The position numbers and the translations under genes are program-made. The notes under the pieces were generated by a model, which saw only the letters and a program-made list of their open reading frames with translations, had not been told where the DNA came from and ran no database searches. A DNA stretch of 64,000 nt from an uncultured Ectothiorhodospiraceae bacterium. Lineage in GTDB: Bacteria; Pseudomonadota; Gammaproteobacteria; CAMYNG01. Location of the stretch: the NCBI GenBank assembly GCA_947259765.1, contig CAMYNG010000014.1, positions 4,549 through 68,548 of the forward strand, in the 5' to 3' direction. Positions 44,995-54,860 of this stretch are shown one piece after another (within the stretch, counting starts at the first letter, position 1; the number at the start of each line of letters is the position of its first letter).

Positions 44995-46236
44995 CTAGAG
45001 TTTTTCCTGAACTGCATCGATAAATGTTTTGAGTTCTTTCCGGGCATCGCCGGCCACAGCCTGTAGCAACGGCAACAGCTGTTTAATAATTCCGGAACGA
45101 TGTCTAATTAATTGAGTGGTTTCGCCGGCGTCCGCTAGTTGTATCGCCGCCAAAATTGACAGCGGTTCGGCTTGAGCCTCTTTTTCGGGTTGATGCAGGC
45201 ATACTGTGTTGCCGCCAGCATTTTTTGCCTGTTGCAGAGTATGCAAAGCTTGGTCGAGAACATCTTTGTATCGGCTTGACCTGATTACCGAAGGTTGACA
45301 CACTCCAATGCTGGCGGTTAAAAGCAAACGTTGATCGTGGGCGGAAAAGACCGCGTTTTTTATTGCTGACCGAAGGCGCTCAGCAAGTACCTGGGCGGCG
45401 TTGGTATTTGTGGACCGCAAAATTAACATGAATCGTCCGGGACCCAGCGTGGCGGCATGATCGCCTTCGCGCACGGTTGTGTTAATAAGGTCGCCGATTT
45501 TACGGGCGATGACACAGCTAGCTGGTTTGCCATGCGTGATGTAGATGCTTTTATAGTTATCGATCTCGATACCGAGCCAGGTCCAGTTGCCGGTATTTCT
45601 TTTAATTTGTGCCAGTAACTCCGTAGCGACGCGCTCAAAGTATTTTATACTGCCCAGGCCGGTTGCCGGGTCTACAGTTGTTTCACTGGCTAAACGTTCT
45701 TCGGTATGGTTTAGTCTCTCGGCGACGCGCTGGTGTGAAATATAAGATTGCGCGCGTGCCTTAACGTGTAACGCATTGAATGGCTTATTGACGAAGTCAT
45801 TGGCACCTAAAGCAACCACCTCTTGTTTTGTGGCTTCGTTATCACCTTTGCCGGTAATTACGATTATGGGTAAATTTTTAAGTAGCGGATCCTGACTTCC
45901 TCGTATACGGGAAATAAGCTCTGTACCATCCATTTCCGGCATGGAAAGATCCGTGAACACAACCTGGACATCGTTCACTTCGGATAACAGTTCCCAGGCT
46001 CGTGCGCCGTTCTCACACTCGGACAATTCGAACTCCGGCGCAAGTAATTTGCGCAGGGCTACGCGCATGACTCGCGAATCGTCGACAATCAACACGTGCG
46101 GTTTACTTGGCGTTTTTGATTTTTTAGCTGGAGCCTGCATGAGTCCGGTGTCCTGACAGCTCATATTCAGCATAGCTGCTTCGGCCGAATGCGCCAGATT
46201 CTTTCGGTGGCACAGGAAACTTGTATTTGAATTCAC
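44995..46236 (-). CDS. Response regulator (REC) fused to a degenerate GGDEF domain (GPGRF in place of GGDEF, RxxD I-site retained)
   Basis: REC motifs are present (VLIVDDSRVMR, phospho-acceptor region VVFTDLSMPEMDG, IVITGKGD). The GGDEF-like fold has REGDHAATLGPGRF. Confidence 0.75.
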   Translation of the reverse strand: MNSNTSFLCHRKNLAHSAEAAMLNMSCQDTGLMQAPAKKSKTPSKPHVLIVDDSRVMRVALRKLLAPEFELSECENGARAWELLSEVNDVQVVFTDLSMPEMDGTELISRIRGSQDPLLKNLPIIVITGKGDNEATKQEVVALGANDFVNKPFNALHVKARAQSYISHQRVAERLNHTEERLASETTVDPATGLGSIKYFERVATELLAQIKRNTGNWTWLGIEIDNYKSIYITHGKPASCVIARKIGDLINTTVREGDHAATLGPGRFMLILRSTNTNAAQVLAERLRSAIKNAVFSAHDQRLLLTASIGVCQPSVIRSSRYKDVLDQALHTLQQAKNAGGNTVCLHQPEKEAQAEPLSILAAIQLADAGETTQLIRHRSGIIKQLLPLLQAVAGDARKELKTFIDAVQEKL

Positions 46237-46313
46237 TATCGAATAGCGTAACGAAACCAGGAAGTTGCAAGACGCAAAACGGTTTTTTCGCTATCCCACG
46301 ACAGGAGTTTTTC

Positions 46314-46790
46314 ATGCGCATAGCCTTATTACTGCCGACACTGTTTGTGTTTGTTCCCCTTGTACAGGCAGGTGGATCCCAACCCAGCGACTATATGAAA
46401 CACTACTCAGTAGATGGAAAGTTCGAAGACGTGCGCGATGATCTCGAGCTGGCTATTACCGGGCGCGGGATCAAAATCAATAACGTCGCCCATATCGGTA
46501 ATATGCTTGAACGTACTGGCAAGGATCTCGGTGCAGCCAAGCAGGTATTCGCCGATGCGGAGTCATTTGAATTCTGTTCAGCGACCGTGTCACGCCAAAC
46601 CATGGAAGCGGATCCCCACAATATTGTTTTCTGTCCGTATGTCATTTCTGTATACGTATTACCCGATCAACCCGGCCGTGTGCACCTGTCCTTTCGGCGA
46701 CCCTTAATCGTTGGTAGCGATGCATCAAAGGCCTCTCTGCAGGCAGTGGAAAACCTGCTGGATGAAATCGTACGTGAAGTTGCCCAATAG
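46314..46790 (+). CDS. DUF302-family secreted protein
   Basis: Signal peptide MRIALLLPTLFVFVPLVQA. The ~130-aa DUF302-like core has the characteristic IFCPYVISVYV-type segment. Confidence 0.55.
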   Translation: MRIALLLPTLFVFVPLVQAGGSQPSDYMKHYSVDGKFEDVRDDLELAITGRGIKINNVAHIGNMLERTGKDLGAAKQVFADAESFEFCSATVSRQTMEADPHNIVFCPYVISVYVLPDQPGRVHLSFRRPLIVGSDASKASLQAVENLLDEIVREVAQ

Positions 46791-47328
46791 GCCATTGCGG
46801 ACCATTCGGGGCACTATCGTTCTTATCGCAGGGCTTAGTGTCGCTGCAACGGGAGCGGCGGCGGAATTCGATGAGCGAGTACGGCAGGCCAGCCATCGAC
46901 AGACAAACAACGCACGACTTGTTGAGCTGGCGACCGACCCGGCCCGGCAAGTACGTGAGGCCGTGGCGGCAAACCGCAGGACCCCACCCGCAGTGCTGTA
47001 CCAATTGGCCGCAGATACCGATTTTCACGTACGCATTGCCGTAGCCACGAACCTGACGACCGATGAACGGACCTTTCTGCGCCTGGCTGCAGATCACAAG
47101 GTGGCGGTACGCAGCGTGGTCGCACGATTCGAGTACGTACCGGTCTCTGCACTTCGCTTGTTAGCGGTAGATGCAGTACCCAAAATTCGTCTCGAGGTCG
47201 CCCGCAACTGGAACACGGACGCGACAACACTGCAGCAATTGTCGAAAGACTCAGATGCAGATATTCGGGCAATCGCGTTACAAAGCTTACAAAAGCTTAA
47301 AGAAGAAAAATCTGCAGTTCCGGATTAA
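46711..47328 (+). CDS. HEAT/leucine-rich-repeat-variant repeat protein (secreted)
   Basis: Repeated ~30-aa units (VREAVAANRRTPPAVLYQLAADTDFHVRIAVATNLTTDERTFLRLAADHKVAVRSVVA...). A signal-peptide-like segment is present. The 5' end overlaps the previous gene, so the true start is probably internal. Confidence 0.5.
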   Translation: MVAMHQRPLCRQWKTCWMKSYVKLPNRPLRTIRGTIVLIAGLSVAATGAAAEFDERVRQASHRQTNNARLVELATDPARQVREAVAANRRTPPAVLYQLAADTDFHVRIAVATNLTTDERTFLRLAADHKVAVRSVVARFEYVPVSALRLLAVDAVPKIRLEVARNWNTDATTLQQLSKDSDADIRAIALQSLQKLKEEKSAVPD

Positions 47329-47489
47329 TTTCGGTCGCTCTATTTTGGGGTCACACCGGCGGCATCGGGCGGTTAATCGGTTGATCTCCACAGGAATTTC
47401 GTAAATTGTGATCTGGGTTGTCTGTGCCGGTTAAAGCTTTGCCGGTTTGGTGTCGTTAACTTGGTTGCGGCTTCCAAGTAGTTACCCAA

Positions 47490-48377
47490 ATGCAGACACC
47501 TGAACCGACCGGCCCCACTTCAATGACTCCACGCGAACTGGTTTCCGGCGTGGTGCGCCTAGTCTCGTTGCCGGAGGTCTGTCTGCGGGTTAGCGAGATG
47601 CTGGAAGATTCCCGCACCTCGGCGCATGATCTCGGTCGTGTCATCGGCCGTGATACCGGTCTGACAGCACGCCTGCTGAAAATCGTCAACAGTGCGTATT
47701 ATGGTTTTCCATCCCGTATCGAAACGGTCAGTCGTGCGGTCGCGATAATCGGTATGCGTGAGCTGCGCGGGCTGGTATTGGCGGCTTCCGCCATCGAGGC
47801 GTTTTCAAAGGTACCCAATGATATCCTCAACATGGCGCATTTTTGGCGCCACAGCGTCTATTGTGGCGTGGTCGCTCAGTTGCTGGCCGCAGAGTGCAAC
47901 GTGTTACACAAAGAACGCTTGTTCGTCGCCGGCCTGTTGCATGACATTGGTAAGCTGATTGTTTCGCACAAGTTGCCGCAGAAGGCGCGCATTATCCAAC
48001 AGCGTTGTGAGGCAGAAGAATTGCTTGATTTCGAAGTTGAACAGCAAGTGCTGGGATTTGACCATGCGGAGGTGGGTGGAGAGTTATTGCAGCAATGGCG
48101 CATGCCCGAGTCGCTTGCCGATGCCGTACGCTACCATCATATTCCCGAGTCTGCGGAGCAGAGTACCATGGATGTTTGCATCATCCATATCGCCAATGTC
48201 ATGACAGGAATTGCCGAGGAAGGTCTGGAAATTGAAACCAGTCTGCAACCCATCGACCCTTATGCCTGGAAAGTTACCGGCCTGAGCGACTCAATTATTG
48301 AGAGTGTTCTAACTGAGGCGGGTCCACGCTTCACCGAGGCACTCGAAGCTATCCTGCCACGTTCGTTCTACTCCTGA
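47490..48377 (+). CDS. HDOD-domain signal-transduction protein
   Basis: LKIVNSAYYGFPSRIETVSRAVAIIGMRELRGLVL and the HD-like GLLHDIGKLIV motifs. Confidence 0.85.
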   Translation: MQTPEPTGPTSMTPRELVSGVVRLVSLPEVCLRVSEMLEDSRTSAHDLGRVIGRDTGLTARLLKIVNSAYYGFPSRIETVSRAVAIIGMRELRGLVLAASAIEAFSKVPNDILNMAHFWRHSVYCGVVAQLLAAECNVLHKERLFVAGLLHDIGKLIVSHKLPQKARIIQQRCEAEELLDFEVEQQVLGFDHAEVGGELLQQWRMPESLADAVRYHHIPESAEQSTMDVCIIHIANVMTGIAEEGLEIETSLQPIDPYAWKVTGLSDSIIESVLTEAGPRFTEALEAILPRSFYS

Positions 48378-48522
48378 GCGTGTCGGGTTTCGACTTTTCG
48401 TTTTCCCGCACAAATGACTGCCGGTTTCAGGCTTTATCATTAGTCACTCAGTAATCTGAATAAAGTGTTCGTGCTTTGACGCCTTGTTGTCCCGGTGGAA
48501 TTGAGTTTCGTCTCCGTCGGAA

Positions 48523-48634
48523 GGCATGGACAAGACCAACGTACGGCAAGACACACTGTAAATACACCCCTGTAAGCTCAAGGGCCACGTCCTTGTGGCC
48601 CATAGTCTCGCCGTACGTTGGCCTTGTCCATGCC
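48523..48634. repeat. 112-nt near-perfect palindrome (30-bp arms GGCATGGACAAGACCAACGTACGGCAAGAC / GTCTCGCCGTACGTTGGCCTTGTCCATGCC) enclosing a second hairpin (GGGCCAC-N6-GTGGCCC)
   Basis: The arms at 48523-48552 and 48605-48634 are reverse complements with 2 mismatches. The inner 7-bp stem is at ~48582-48601. The element is intergenic between the HDOD gene and mazG. Confidence 0.6.
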
Positions 48635-48753
48635 AGATAGATCTGCTTCAGTCTAATGAGAACGGTGGTTAAAATTTCATTTTTGACTCTGGACTCTTTT
48701 CCCAAGTTACTGGAACCTAGTCCCTAGAACCTTTGTGTATCAGGACACGTCAC

Positions 48754-49542
48754 ATGAAAGTCATACAAGATCTACTCGATATCATGCGCCGCTTGCGTGA
48801 CCCGGAGTCGGGTTGTCCGTGGGATCGCGAACAGACCTTCGCCAGTATCGTGCCACACACGCTGGAGGAAGCCTACGAGGTCGCCGAAACCATTGAGGCG
48901 GGTAACCACAGCGCATTATGTGACGAGTTGGGAGATCTGTTGTTCCAAATCGTCTTTTACGCGCGTCTTGCGGAAGAGCAAGGTGAGTTTGATTTTGAAG
49001 CCATTGCCCGCGGTCTGGCGGACAAGCTGGTGCGCCGTCATCCCCACGTGTTTGCCGGCGAGTCTGTTGCGAGTTCAGCAGAGCAGACACGCGCCTGGGA
49101 AACTCTGAAGGCAGAGGAGCGTGCGGCCAGTGCTTCTACACAGGATAGCAGTGCGTTGGCCGGAGTTAGTTTAACGCTGCCCGCACTGAGCCGGGCGCAA
49201 AAGTTACAGCGCCGGGCGGCCCGGGTGGGTTTCGATTGGCCATCGTGGCACGGCGCGGCGGAAAAAATCCCTGAAGAGCTGGGTGAATTACGCGCCGGCA
49301 TCGACGCCAACGACAGCAGAGCTCGGATCGAGGAAGAGGTCGGTGATGTGTTATTCAGTTGTGTCAATCTGGCTCGGCACCTGGAGGTGGACGCCGAGGC
49401 GGCCTTGCGGCGGGCGGGCCGTAAGTTCGAGACTCGCTTTAAAAGCATGGAAACCGAATTGGCAGCACATGGCGGTGTGGCGGCCGTTGATTTCGATACC
49501 CGGGAGCGGGTGTGGGAGGAGGTTAAACGCCGGGAGTCATAA
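48754..49542 (+). CDS. mazG: Nucleoside triphosphate pyrophosphohydrolase MazG
   Basis: MKVIQDLLDIMRRLRDPESGCPWDREQTFASIVPHTLEEAYEV and a second EExxE/D repeat (EEVGDVLF), the tandem MazG domains. Confidence 0.9.
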   Translation: MKVIQDLLDIMRRLRDPESGCPWDREQTFASIVPHTLEEAYEVAETIEAGNHSALCDELGDLLFQIVFYARLAEEQGEFDFEAIARGLADKLVRRHPHVFAGESVASSAEQTRAWETLKAEERAASASTQDSSALAGVSLTLPALSRAQKLQRRAARVGFDWPSWHGAAEKIPEELGELRAGIDANDSRARIEEEVGDVLFSCVNLARHLEVDAEAALRRAGRKFETRFKSMETELAAHGGVAAVDFDTRERVWEEVKRRES

Positions 49543-49736
49543 CCCTGGATAATTCTGCATGAGCGCAATTCTTCCGCCTCTGCGATCACCAGCCCAACGA
49601 TCGCTACCCCAACGATCACTACTTCAGCGTTCACCACTGGAGAAGCAACCCGCTCGCGGGTTAAAGTACGGCATCCAATAAAAGTGCCTTCGTGCACAAA
49701 AAATTACAACCAATAACCTAAAGGGGAGAGACACCA

Positions 49737-50930
49737 ATGGAGGTTCTTAAATCTGGCGCTGACGTGCTGTTTATCCTGCTCGGTGCAATCATGGTGCTGG
49801 CCATGCATTCCGGTTTTGCGTTTCTGGAAGTCGGCACCGTGCGTAAAAAAAATCAGGTTAACGCACTGGTTAAAATTATCACTGATTTTGCTGCATCCAC
49901 AGTGGCTTACTTTTTTATCGGCTATACGGTGGCCTACGGTGTCGGCTTTCTCGACAGCGCATCGGTGTTGTCCACCAAAAATGGTTATGAGCTGGTCAAG
50001 TTTTTCTTCCTGTTAACCTTCGCAGCGGCGATACCGGCCATTATCTCCGGCGGTATCGCCGAGCGTGCCCGGTTTTACCCACAGCTCGTCGCCAGCTTCG
50101 CTATTGTGAGTCTGGTGTATCCGTTCTTCGAGGGCATTACCTGGAATGGCAATTTTGGCGTTCAGGCCTGGATCGCTAACGCGTTTGGTGCCGAATTCCA
50201 TGATTTTGCCGGCTCCGTGGTGGTGCATGCCATGGGCGGTTGGCTGGGCCTGGTGGCGGTCCTGCTGCTGGGCGCCCGCAAGGGTCGGTTTGGCAAAGAC
50301 GGCTCCATTCAGTCCACCCACCCGCCGTCAAGTATCCCGTTTTTGGCCCTGGGCGCCTGGATACTGACTGTCGGCTGGTTTGGCTTTAATGTCATGTCGG
50401 CGCAGACGGTCGAGTCAGTCAGCGGTCTGGTGGCACTGAATTCACTCATGGCTATGGTCGGCGGGATCCTTGCGGCATTGTTTATTGGCCGTAACGATCC
50501 GGGTTTTGTGCATAACGGCCCCTTGGCCGGGCTCGTGGCGGTCTGTGCGGGGTCCGACCTAATGCACCCAATCGGCGCGTTGGCCACCGGTGCCGTCGCC
50601 GGCGCCCTGTTCGTCTGGGCGTTTACCTTGTGCCATAACAAGTGGCGTATCGATGATGTGTTGGGGGTTTGGCCACTACACGGCTTGTGCGGAGCCTGGG
50701 GCGGGCTGGCCGCCGGAATCTTTGGTAGCAAGGCGCTGGGTGGCCTCGGCGGGGTCACCTTTATGGCCCAGCTGGCGGGTACCGTACTGGGAATTCTGGT
50801 TGCGGTTGCGGGTGGCGCGCTGGTGTATGGGATCCTGAAGGCGCTCGTAGGCATTCGCTTGAGCGAGGAAGAGGAATATAACGGTGCCGACCTCAGTATT
50901 CACAAGATTGCCGCGGAACCCGCCGACTAG
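49737..50930 (+). CDS. amt: Ammonium transporter (Amt family)
   Basis: 11 TM helices. Amt signatures are present (DFAGSVVVHAMGGWLGL; twin-His region; LHGLCGAWGG). Confidence 0.9.
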   Translation: MEVLKSGADVLFILLGAIMVLAMHSGFAFLEVGTVRKKNQVNALVKIITDFAASTVAYFFIGYTVAYGVGFLDSASVLSTKNGYELVKFFFLLTFAAAIPAIISGGIAERARFYPQLVASFAIVSLVYPFFEGITWNGNFGVQAWIANAFGAEFHDFAGSVVVHAMGGWLGLVAVLLLGARKGRFGKDGSIQSTHPPSSIPFLALGAWILTVGWFGFNVMSAQTVESVSGLVALNSLMAMVGGILAALFIGRNDPGFVHNGPLAGLVAVCAGSDLMHPIGALATGAVAGALFVWAFTLCHNKWRIDDVLGVWPLHGLCGAWGGLAAGIFGSKALGGLGGVTFMAQLAGTVLGILVAVAGGALVYGILKALVGIRLSEEEEYNGADLSIHKIAAEPAD

Positions 50931-50944
50931 GTTCAGGCTGCGTC

Positions 50945-50978
50945 TGCCGGGGCTGCGCGATGGCCCCGGCTCGTATTC
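50945..50978 (+). terminator. Candidate rho-independent terminator after amt
   Basis: GCCGGGG-N11-CCCCGGC stem-loop followed by TCGTATT. Confidence 0.35.
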
Positions 50979-51059
50979 CCGCGTGGTTTCCGGTGTTCTT
51001 CTGGCACGGTGACTGGAAAAATGCTAAGTTTCCGCCCCCGAATATGTCTGTAACCTGTA

Positions 51060-52415
51060 ATGCCCCGTAAACTGTTTGTCAAAACTTTCGGCTGCCAGAT
51101 GAACGAGTATGACTCGGACAAGATGGCCGATGTGCTTGCCGAATCGCATCAGTTTGAGCGTGTCGGCGATCCGGCCGTGGCGGATGTGTTGTTGCTCAAT
51201 ACTTGCTCGGTGCGTGAAAAGGCACAGGAAAAGGTATTCTCGGAGCTGGGCCGCTGGCGCGAGTTAAAACAGGCGCAGCCGCATCTGGTGCTGGGTGTTG
51301 GAGGCTGTGTCGCCAGTCAGGAAGGTGAGGCCATCCTGGCCCGTGCGCCGTTTGTTGACATAGTGTTTGGTCCGCAAACCCTGCATCGTTTACCGCAAAT
51401 GCTTGACGACGTTCTCGCCCGGCGGCGCGCGGTGGTCGATATCAGTTTCCCCGAGATTGAAAAATTCGATCACCTGCCGGCGCCGCGCACGGATGGCGTC
51501 AGCGCTTTTGTTTCCATTATGGAAGGTTGCAGCAAGTACTGCAGTTTCTGCGTGGTACCCTACACGCGGGGCGAGGAATTCAGTCGGCCGTTTGACGATG
51601 TTCTGGCCGAAGTCGCGCAACTGGCACGGCAGGGTGTACGCGAAGTGACGCTACTCGGCCAGAACGTGAATGCCTACCGGGGGCTGATGGACGATGGTGA
51701 GAAGGCTGATTTGGCGCTGCTGATCCATTACCTCGCCGCTATCGAGGGCATTGATCGCATCCGTTACACCACTTCACACCCGCTGGAAATGACAGACAGC
51801 CTCATCGCGGCATACACCGAAGTGCCGGAATTGGTGGGGCACCTACACTTGCCGGTTCAGTCCGGTTCGGATCGGGTGTTGGCGCAGATGAAGCGCGGCC
51901 ACACGGCCCTTGAATACCGGTCGGTGATAAGTCGTTTGCGTGAGGCCAGGCCGAATATCAGTATTTCATCGGATTTTATTATCGGATTCCCCGGTGAGAC
52001 AGAGGCGGATTTCGAGGCGACGCTTGATTTGATTTCCGAGGTGGGCTTCGATCATTCCTTTAGCTTTGTTTACAGCCAACGTCCGGGAACCCCGGCGGCA
52101 GGCTTACCTGACGACGTGCCGCTTACAACCAAAAAGGCCCGCCTGGCGGTGCTGCAGGCCCGGATCAGCCAGCGGGCCGGCGAAATTTCCCGCGGTATGG
52201 TCGGTAGTTTACAGCGGATCCTGGTAGAGGGGCCGGCCAAAAAAGACCCCAACGAGCTTTGTGGCCGCACAGAGAATAATCGTGTGGTAAACTTCAAGGG
52301 ACCAGCGTCACTAATAGGTCAGTTTATAAACGTTCGCATTACAGCGGCTTTGCCTAATTCTTTGCGTGGTCAGCAAGTTCCTGCGGAAGCCTCCGCTGCG
52401 CGTGCCTGCCCCTGA
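51060..52415 (+). CDS. miaB: tRNA-2-methylthio-N6-dimethylallyladenosine synthase MiaB (radical SAM methylthiotransferase)
   Basis: N-terminal MTTase Cys ([15 protein letters not shown]...LNTCSVRE), radical [11 protein letters not shown], and a TRAM domain at the C-terminus. Confidence 0.95.
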   Translation: MPRKLFVKTFGCQMNEYDSDKMADVLAESHQFERVGDPAVADVLLLNTCSVREKAQEKVFSELGRWRELKQAQPHLVLGVGGCVASQEGEAILARAPFVDIVFGPQTLHRLPQMLDDVLARRRAVVDISFPEIEKFDHLPAPRTDGVSAFVSIMEGCSKYCSFCVVPYTRGEEFSRPFDDVLAEVAQLARQGVREVTLLGQNVNAYRGLMDDGEKADLALLIHYLAAIEGIDRIRYTTSHPLEMTDSLIAAYTEVPELVGHLHLPVQSGSDRVLAQMKRGHTALEYRSVISRLREARPNISISSDFIIGFPGETEADFEATLDLISEVGFDHSFSFVYSQRPGTPAAGLPDDVPLTTKKARLAVLQARISQRAGEISRGMVGSLQRILVEGPAKKDPNELCGRTENNRVVNFKGPASLIGQFINVRITAALPNSLRGQQVPAEASAARACP

Positions 52416-52439
52416 CCGCCGAATTCCCATACCTCGATT

Positions 52440-53438
52440 TTGAGTACCAGCCCCTTCGCTAACGATTTCGTACTTGAGCCGGTTGATCATCGGCGTCTGG
52501 CCAACCTGTGTGGCCAGTTTGACGAGCACCTGCGGCAGATCGAGCGGCGTCTCGGGGTCGAGATCAACAATCGTGGCAACGCTTTTCGAGTCATAGGGGA
52601 AACGCGCTCGGTACAGGCCGCCGGCGAAGTGCTCAAGGGACTCTACGGGCAAACGGAAACCGGATCGCTCAGTCCGCAACGGATCCACCTGTTTCTGCAG
52701 GACTCCGGTGTGGACGCCCTGCTGGAAGAGTCGAACCGATCGGCGGAAGAGGTGGTGATCCACACCCGCCAGGGCGCGGTGTCCGGACGCGGTCCGAACC
52801 AACAGCTCTATCTACAAAACATTCTCAACCACGATGTGAACTTCGGCATTGGGCCCGCCGGTACCGGCAAAACTTATCTGGCGGTGGCGTGTGCGGTTCA
52901 GGCATTGGAGCGTGACGACGTGCGTCGTGTTGTGTTGACGCGTCCGGCCGTGGAAGCCGGCGAGCGGCTCGGTTTTCTTCCTGGTGATCTGGCACAAAAG
53001 ATCGATCCCTATTTGCGGCCCCTATACGACGCGCTGTACGAAATGCTGGGCTTTGAACAGGTCGCGAAACTGATGGAGCGAAATATTATTGAAGTAGCTC
53101 CATTAGCTTATATGCGCGGACGTACCCTGAACGAGTCGTTTATTATTCTCGACGAAGCACAGAACACCACCGTCGAGCAGATGAAAATGTTTCTCACCCG
53201 CATCGGTTTTGGTTCAACGGTGGTTATTACCGGCGATGTGACACAGATTGATTTGCCTCGTGGTCAGCGATCGGGTTTACGGCAGGTCATTGAGGTACTG
53301 CGAGATGTAGACGGGATCAGTTTTACGTTTTTTAAGCCCAAGGATGTTGTTCGTCATCCTCTGGTGCAACGTATCGTAACGGCTTATGAGGCATTTGAAA
53401 CTGACACTGGCGACGGCAATATGGACCTGAATACGTGA
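52440..53438 (+). CDS. ybeZ: PhoH-family ATPase (YbeZ)
   Basis: Walker [13 protein letters not shown] and Walker B IILDEAQN in the PhoH context. Confidence 0.9.
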   Translation: MSTSPFANDFVLEPVDHRRLANLCGQFDEHLRQIERRLGVEINNRGNAFRVIGETRSVQAAGEVLKGLYGQTETGSLSPQRIHLFLQDSGVDALLEESNRSAEEVVIHTRQGAVSGRGPNQQLYLQNILNHDVNFGIGPAGTGKTYLAVACAVQALERDDVRRVVLTRPAVEAGERLGFLPGDLAQKIDPYLRPLYDALYEMLGFEQVAKLMERNIIEVAPLAYMRGRTLNESFIILDEAQNTTVEQMKMFLTRIGFGSTVVITGDVTQIDLPRGQRSGLRQVIEVLRDVDGISFTFFKPKDVVRHPLVQRIVTAYEAFETDTGDGNMDLNT

Positions 53439-53929
53439 CCCTGATCGTGGACCTGCAAATCGCCGACGATACCTCCGCTGATAGTGTACCGCCGCTGGAG
53501 CAGTTTTCGGCTTGGGTTAACGAGGCCAGTGCCGGATTGTTGACCGATGAATTGGAGTACGAGCTTACAGTGCGCGTCGTAGATGAAATAGAAGGTACAG
53601 CGCTGAACGAGCAGTACCGGAATCAGCGCGGCTCTACCAATGTGTTGTCGTTTCCATTCGAGGCGCCCGAGGGCGTGGATTTACCTTTGCTGGGAGACCT
53701 GGTTATTTGCGCGCCGGTAGTGGCACGTGAAGCAGACGAACAGCACAAAAGTCTGCAAGCGCATTGGGCTCATTTAGTGGTGCACGGCGTGTTGCACCTG
53801 TTAGGCCATGACCATATTGAACAACAACAGGCCGAGGAGATGGAGCGACTCGAAGTCGCGGTTCTCGCACGCCTCGGATTTTCTGATCCTTACCAAGCAC
53901 AAGAACAGTATGAACGAAGAACGAGTTAG
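53435..53929 (+). CDS. ybeY: rRNA maturation endoribonuclease YbeY
   Basis: [15 protein letters not shown] zinc-binding motif (H3xH5xH). Confidence 0.9.
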   Translation: MTLIVDLQIADDTSADSVPPLEQFSAWVNEASAGLLTDELEYELTVRVVDEIEGTALNEQYRNQRGSTNVLSFPFEAPEGVDLPLLGDLVICAPVVAREADEQHKSLQAHWAHLVVHGVLHLLGHDHIEQQQAEEMERLEVAVLARLGFSDPYQAQEQYERRTS

Positions 53930-54821
53930 CCGGTCATCGGCGAAAACATCGATGGCAGAAAAGCCAGAGCGTTCCTGGCTGGAACGTTTGAGCCAGGCCT
54001 TGATTGGGGAGCCTCGCGATCGCGAACAGTTGTTAACTGTTTTACGCGACGCAGAGCAGCGTAACCTGCTGGATGCCGAGGCGCTGGGCATGATCGAAGG
54101 TGCCTTGCAGGTTTCGGAAATGCAGGTGCGCGACATCATGATCCCACGTTCGCAGATGAGTGTTGTGGAGCGTGGCGCGTCTCCGGAAGATATTTTAAAA
54201 ATTGTCATCGACTCAGCCCACTCTCGCTTTCCAGTGATTGGCGACAATCGTGACGAAGTGGTGGGTGTATTGCTGGCCAAGGATTTATTACCGTTTTTTG
54301 CGTCTCGTAAAAACGGTGAAAAACTTAACCTGCGCGATTTGTTGCGGCCAGCAGTCTTTGTTCCGGAAAGCAAGCGGCTGAATGTATTGCTAAAAGAGTT
54401 TCGTTCCAGCCGTAATCACATGGCCATCGTGGTCGATGAATACGGCGGCGTAGCCGGCCTGGTAACAATTGAAGATGTACTGGAGCAAATCGTCGGCCAG
54501 ATCGAGGACGAACATGATATCGATGAAGACGTGTTTATCATGGACCATTCGGAAAACCTAAGCGCGGTCAAGGCGTTGACCCCCATCGACGAATTCAATG
54601 AGCATTTTAAAACCGAACTCAGCGATGAGGAGTTCGACACCATCGGTGGTCTGGTTATGAGCACCTTTGGTCATTTACCCCAACGAGGCGAAAAAACCCA
54701 GCTCGACGATCTTGAGTTTGAGATTCTGCGTGCGGATAACCGGCGTATCTACCTTATGCAGGTCACGCGCACTGAAATTGCACCGCGGGATGATTCTGCA
54801 CAGGAAAAGCTGGCTGACTGA
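53907..54821 (+). CDS. corC: HlyC/CorC-family transporter-associated protein (CBS pair + CorC_HlyC domain)
   Basis: CBS-domain motifs ([14 protein letters not shown]; [26 protein letters not shown]) and a C-terminal transporter-associated domain. The start at 53907 overlaps the ybeY end. Confidence 0.85.
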   Translation, partial: SMNEERVSRSSAKTSMAEKPERSWLERLSQALIGEPRDREQLLTVLRDAEQRNLLDAEALGMIEGALQVSEMQVRDIMIPRSQMSVVERGASPEDILKIVIDSAHSRFPVIGDNRDEVVGVLLAKDLLPFFASRKNGEKLNLRDLLRPAVFVPESKRLNVLLKEFRSSRNHMAIVVDEYGGVAGLVTIEDVLEQIVGQIEDEHDIDEDVFIMDHSENLSAVKALTPIDEFNEHFKTELSDEEFDTIGGLVMSTFGHLPQRGEKTQLDDLEFEILRADNRRIYLMQVTRTEIAPRDDSAQEKLAD

Positions 54822-54860
54822 GTCGCTCCTTTTGGTATGTGATGAACATCGGGTCCTGAA

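Noticed and set aside
48448-48705. 85-aa minus-strand ORF across the 112-nt palindrome
   Set aside because: The reading frame is produced by the palindrome itself. There is no RBS or motif. The region is better explained as a structured non-coding element.
49038-49697. 219-aa ORF antisense to mazG and 181-aa ORF antisense to amt (50309-50854)
   Set aside because: Both are opposite well-supported conserved genes and show Ala/Arg/Ser-rich composition typical of high-GC antisense frames.
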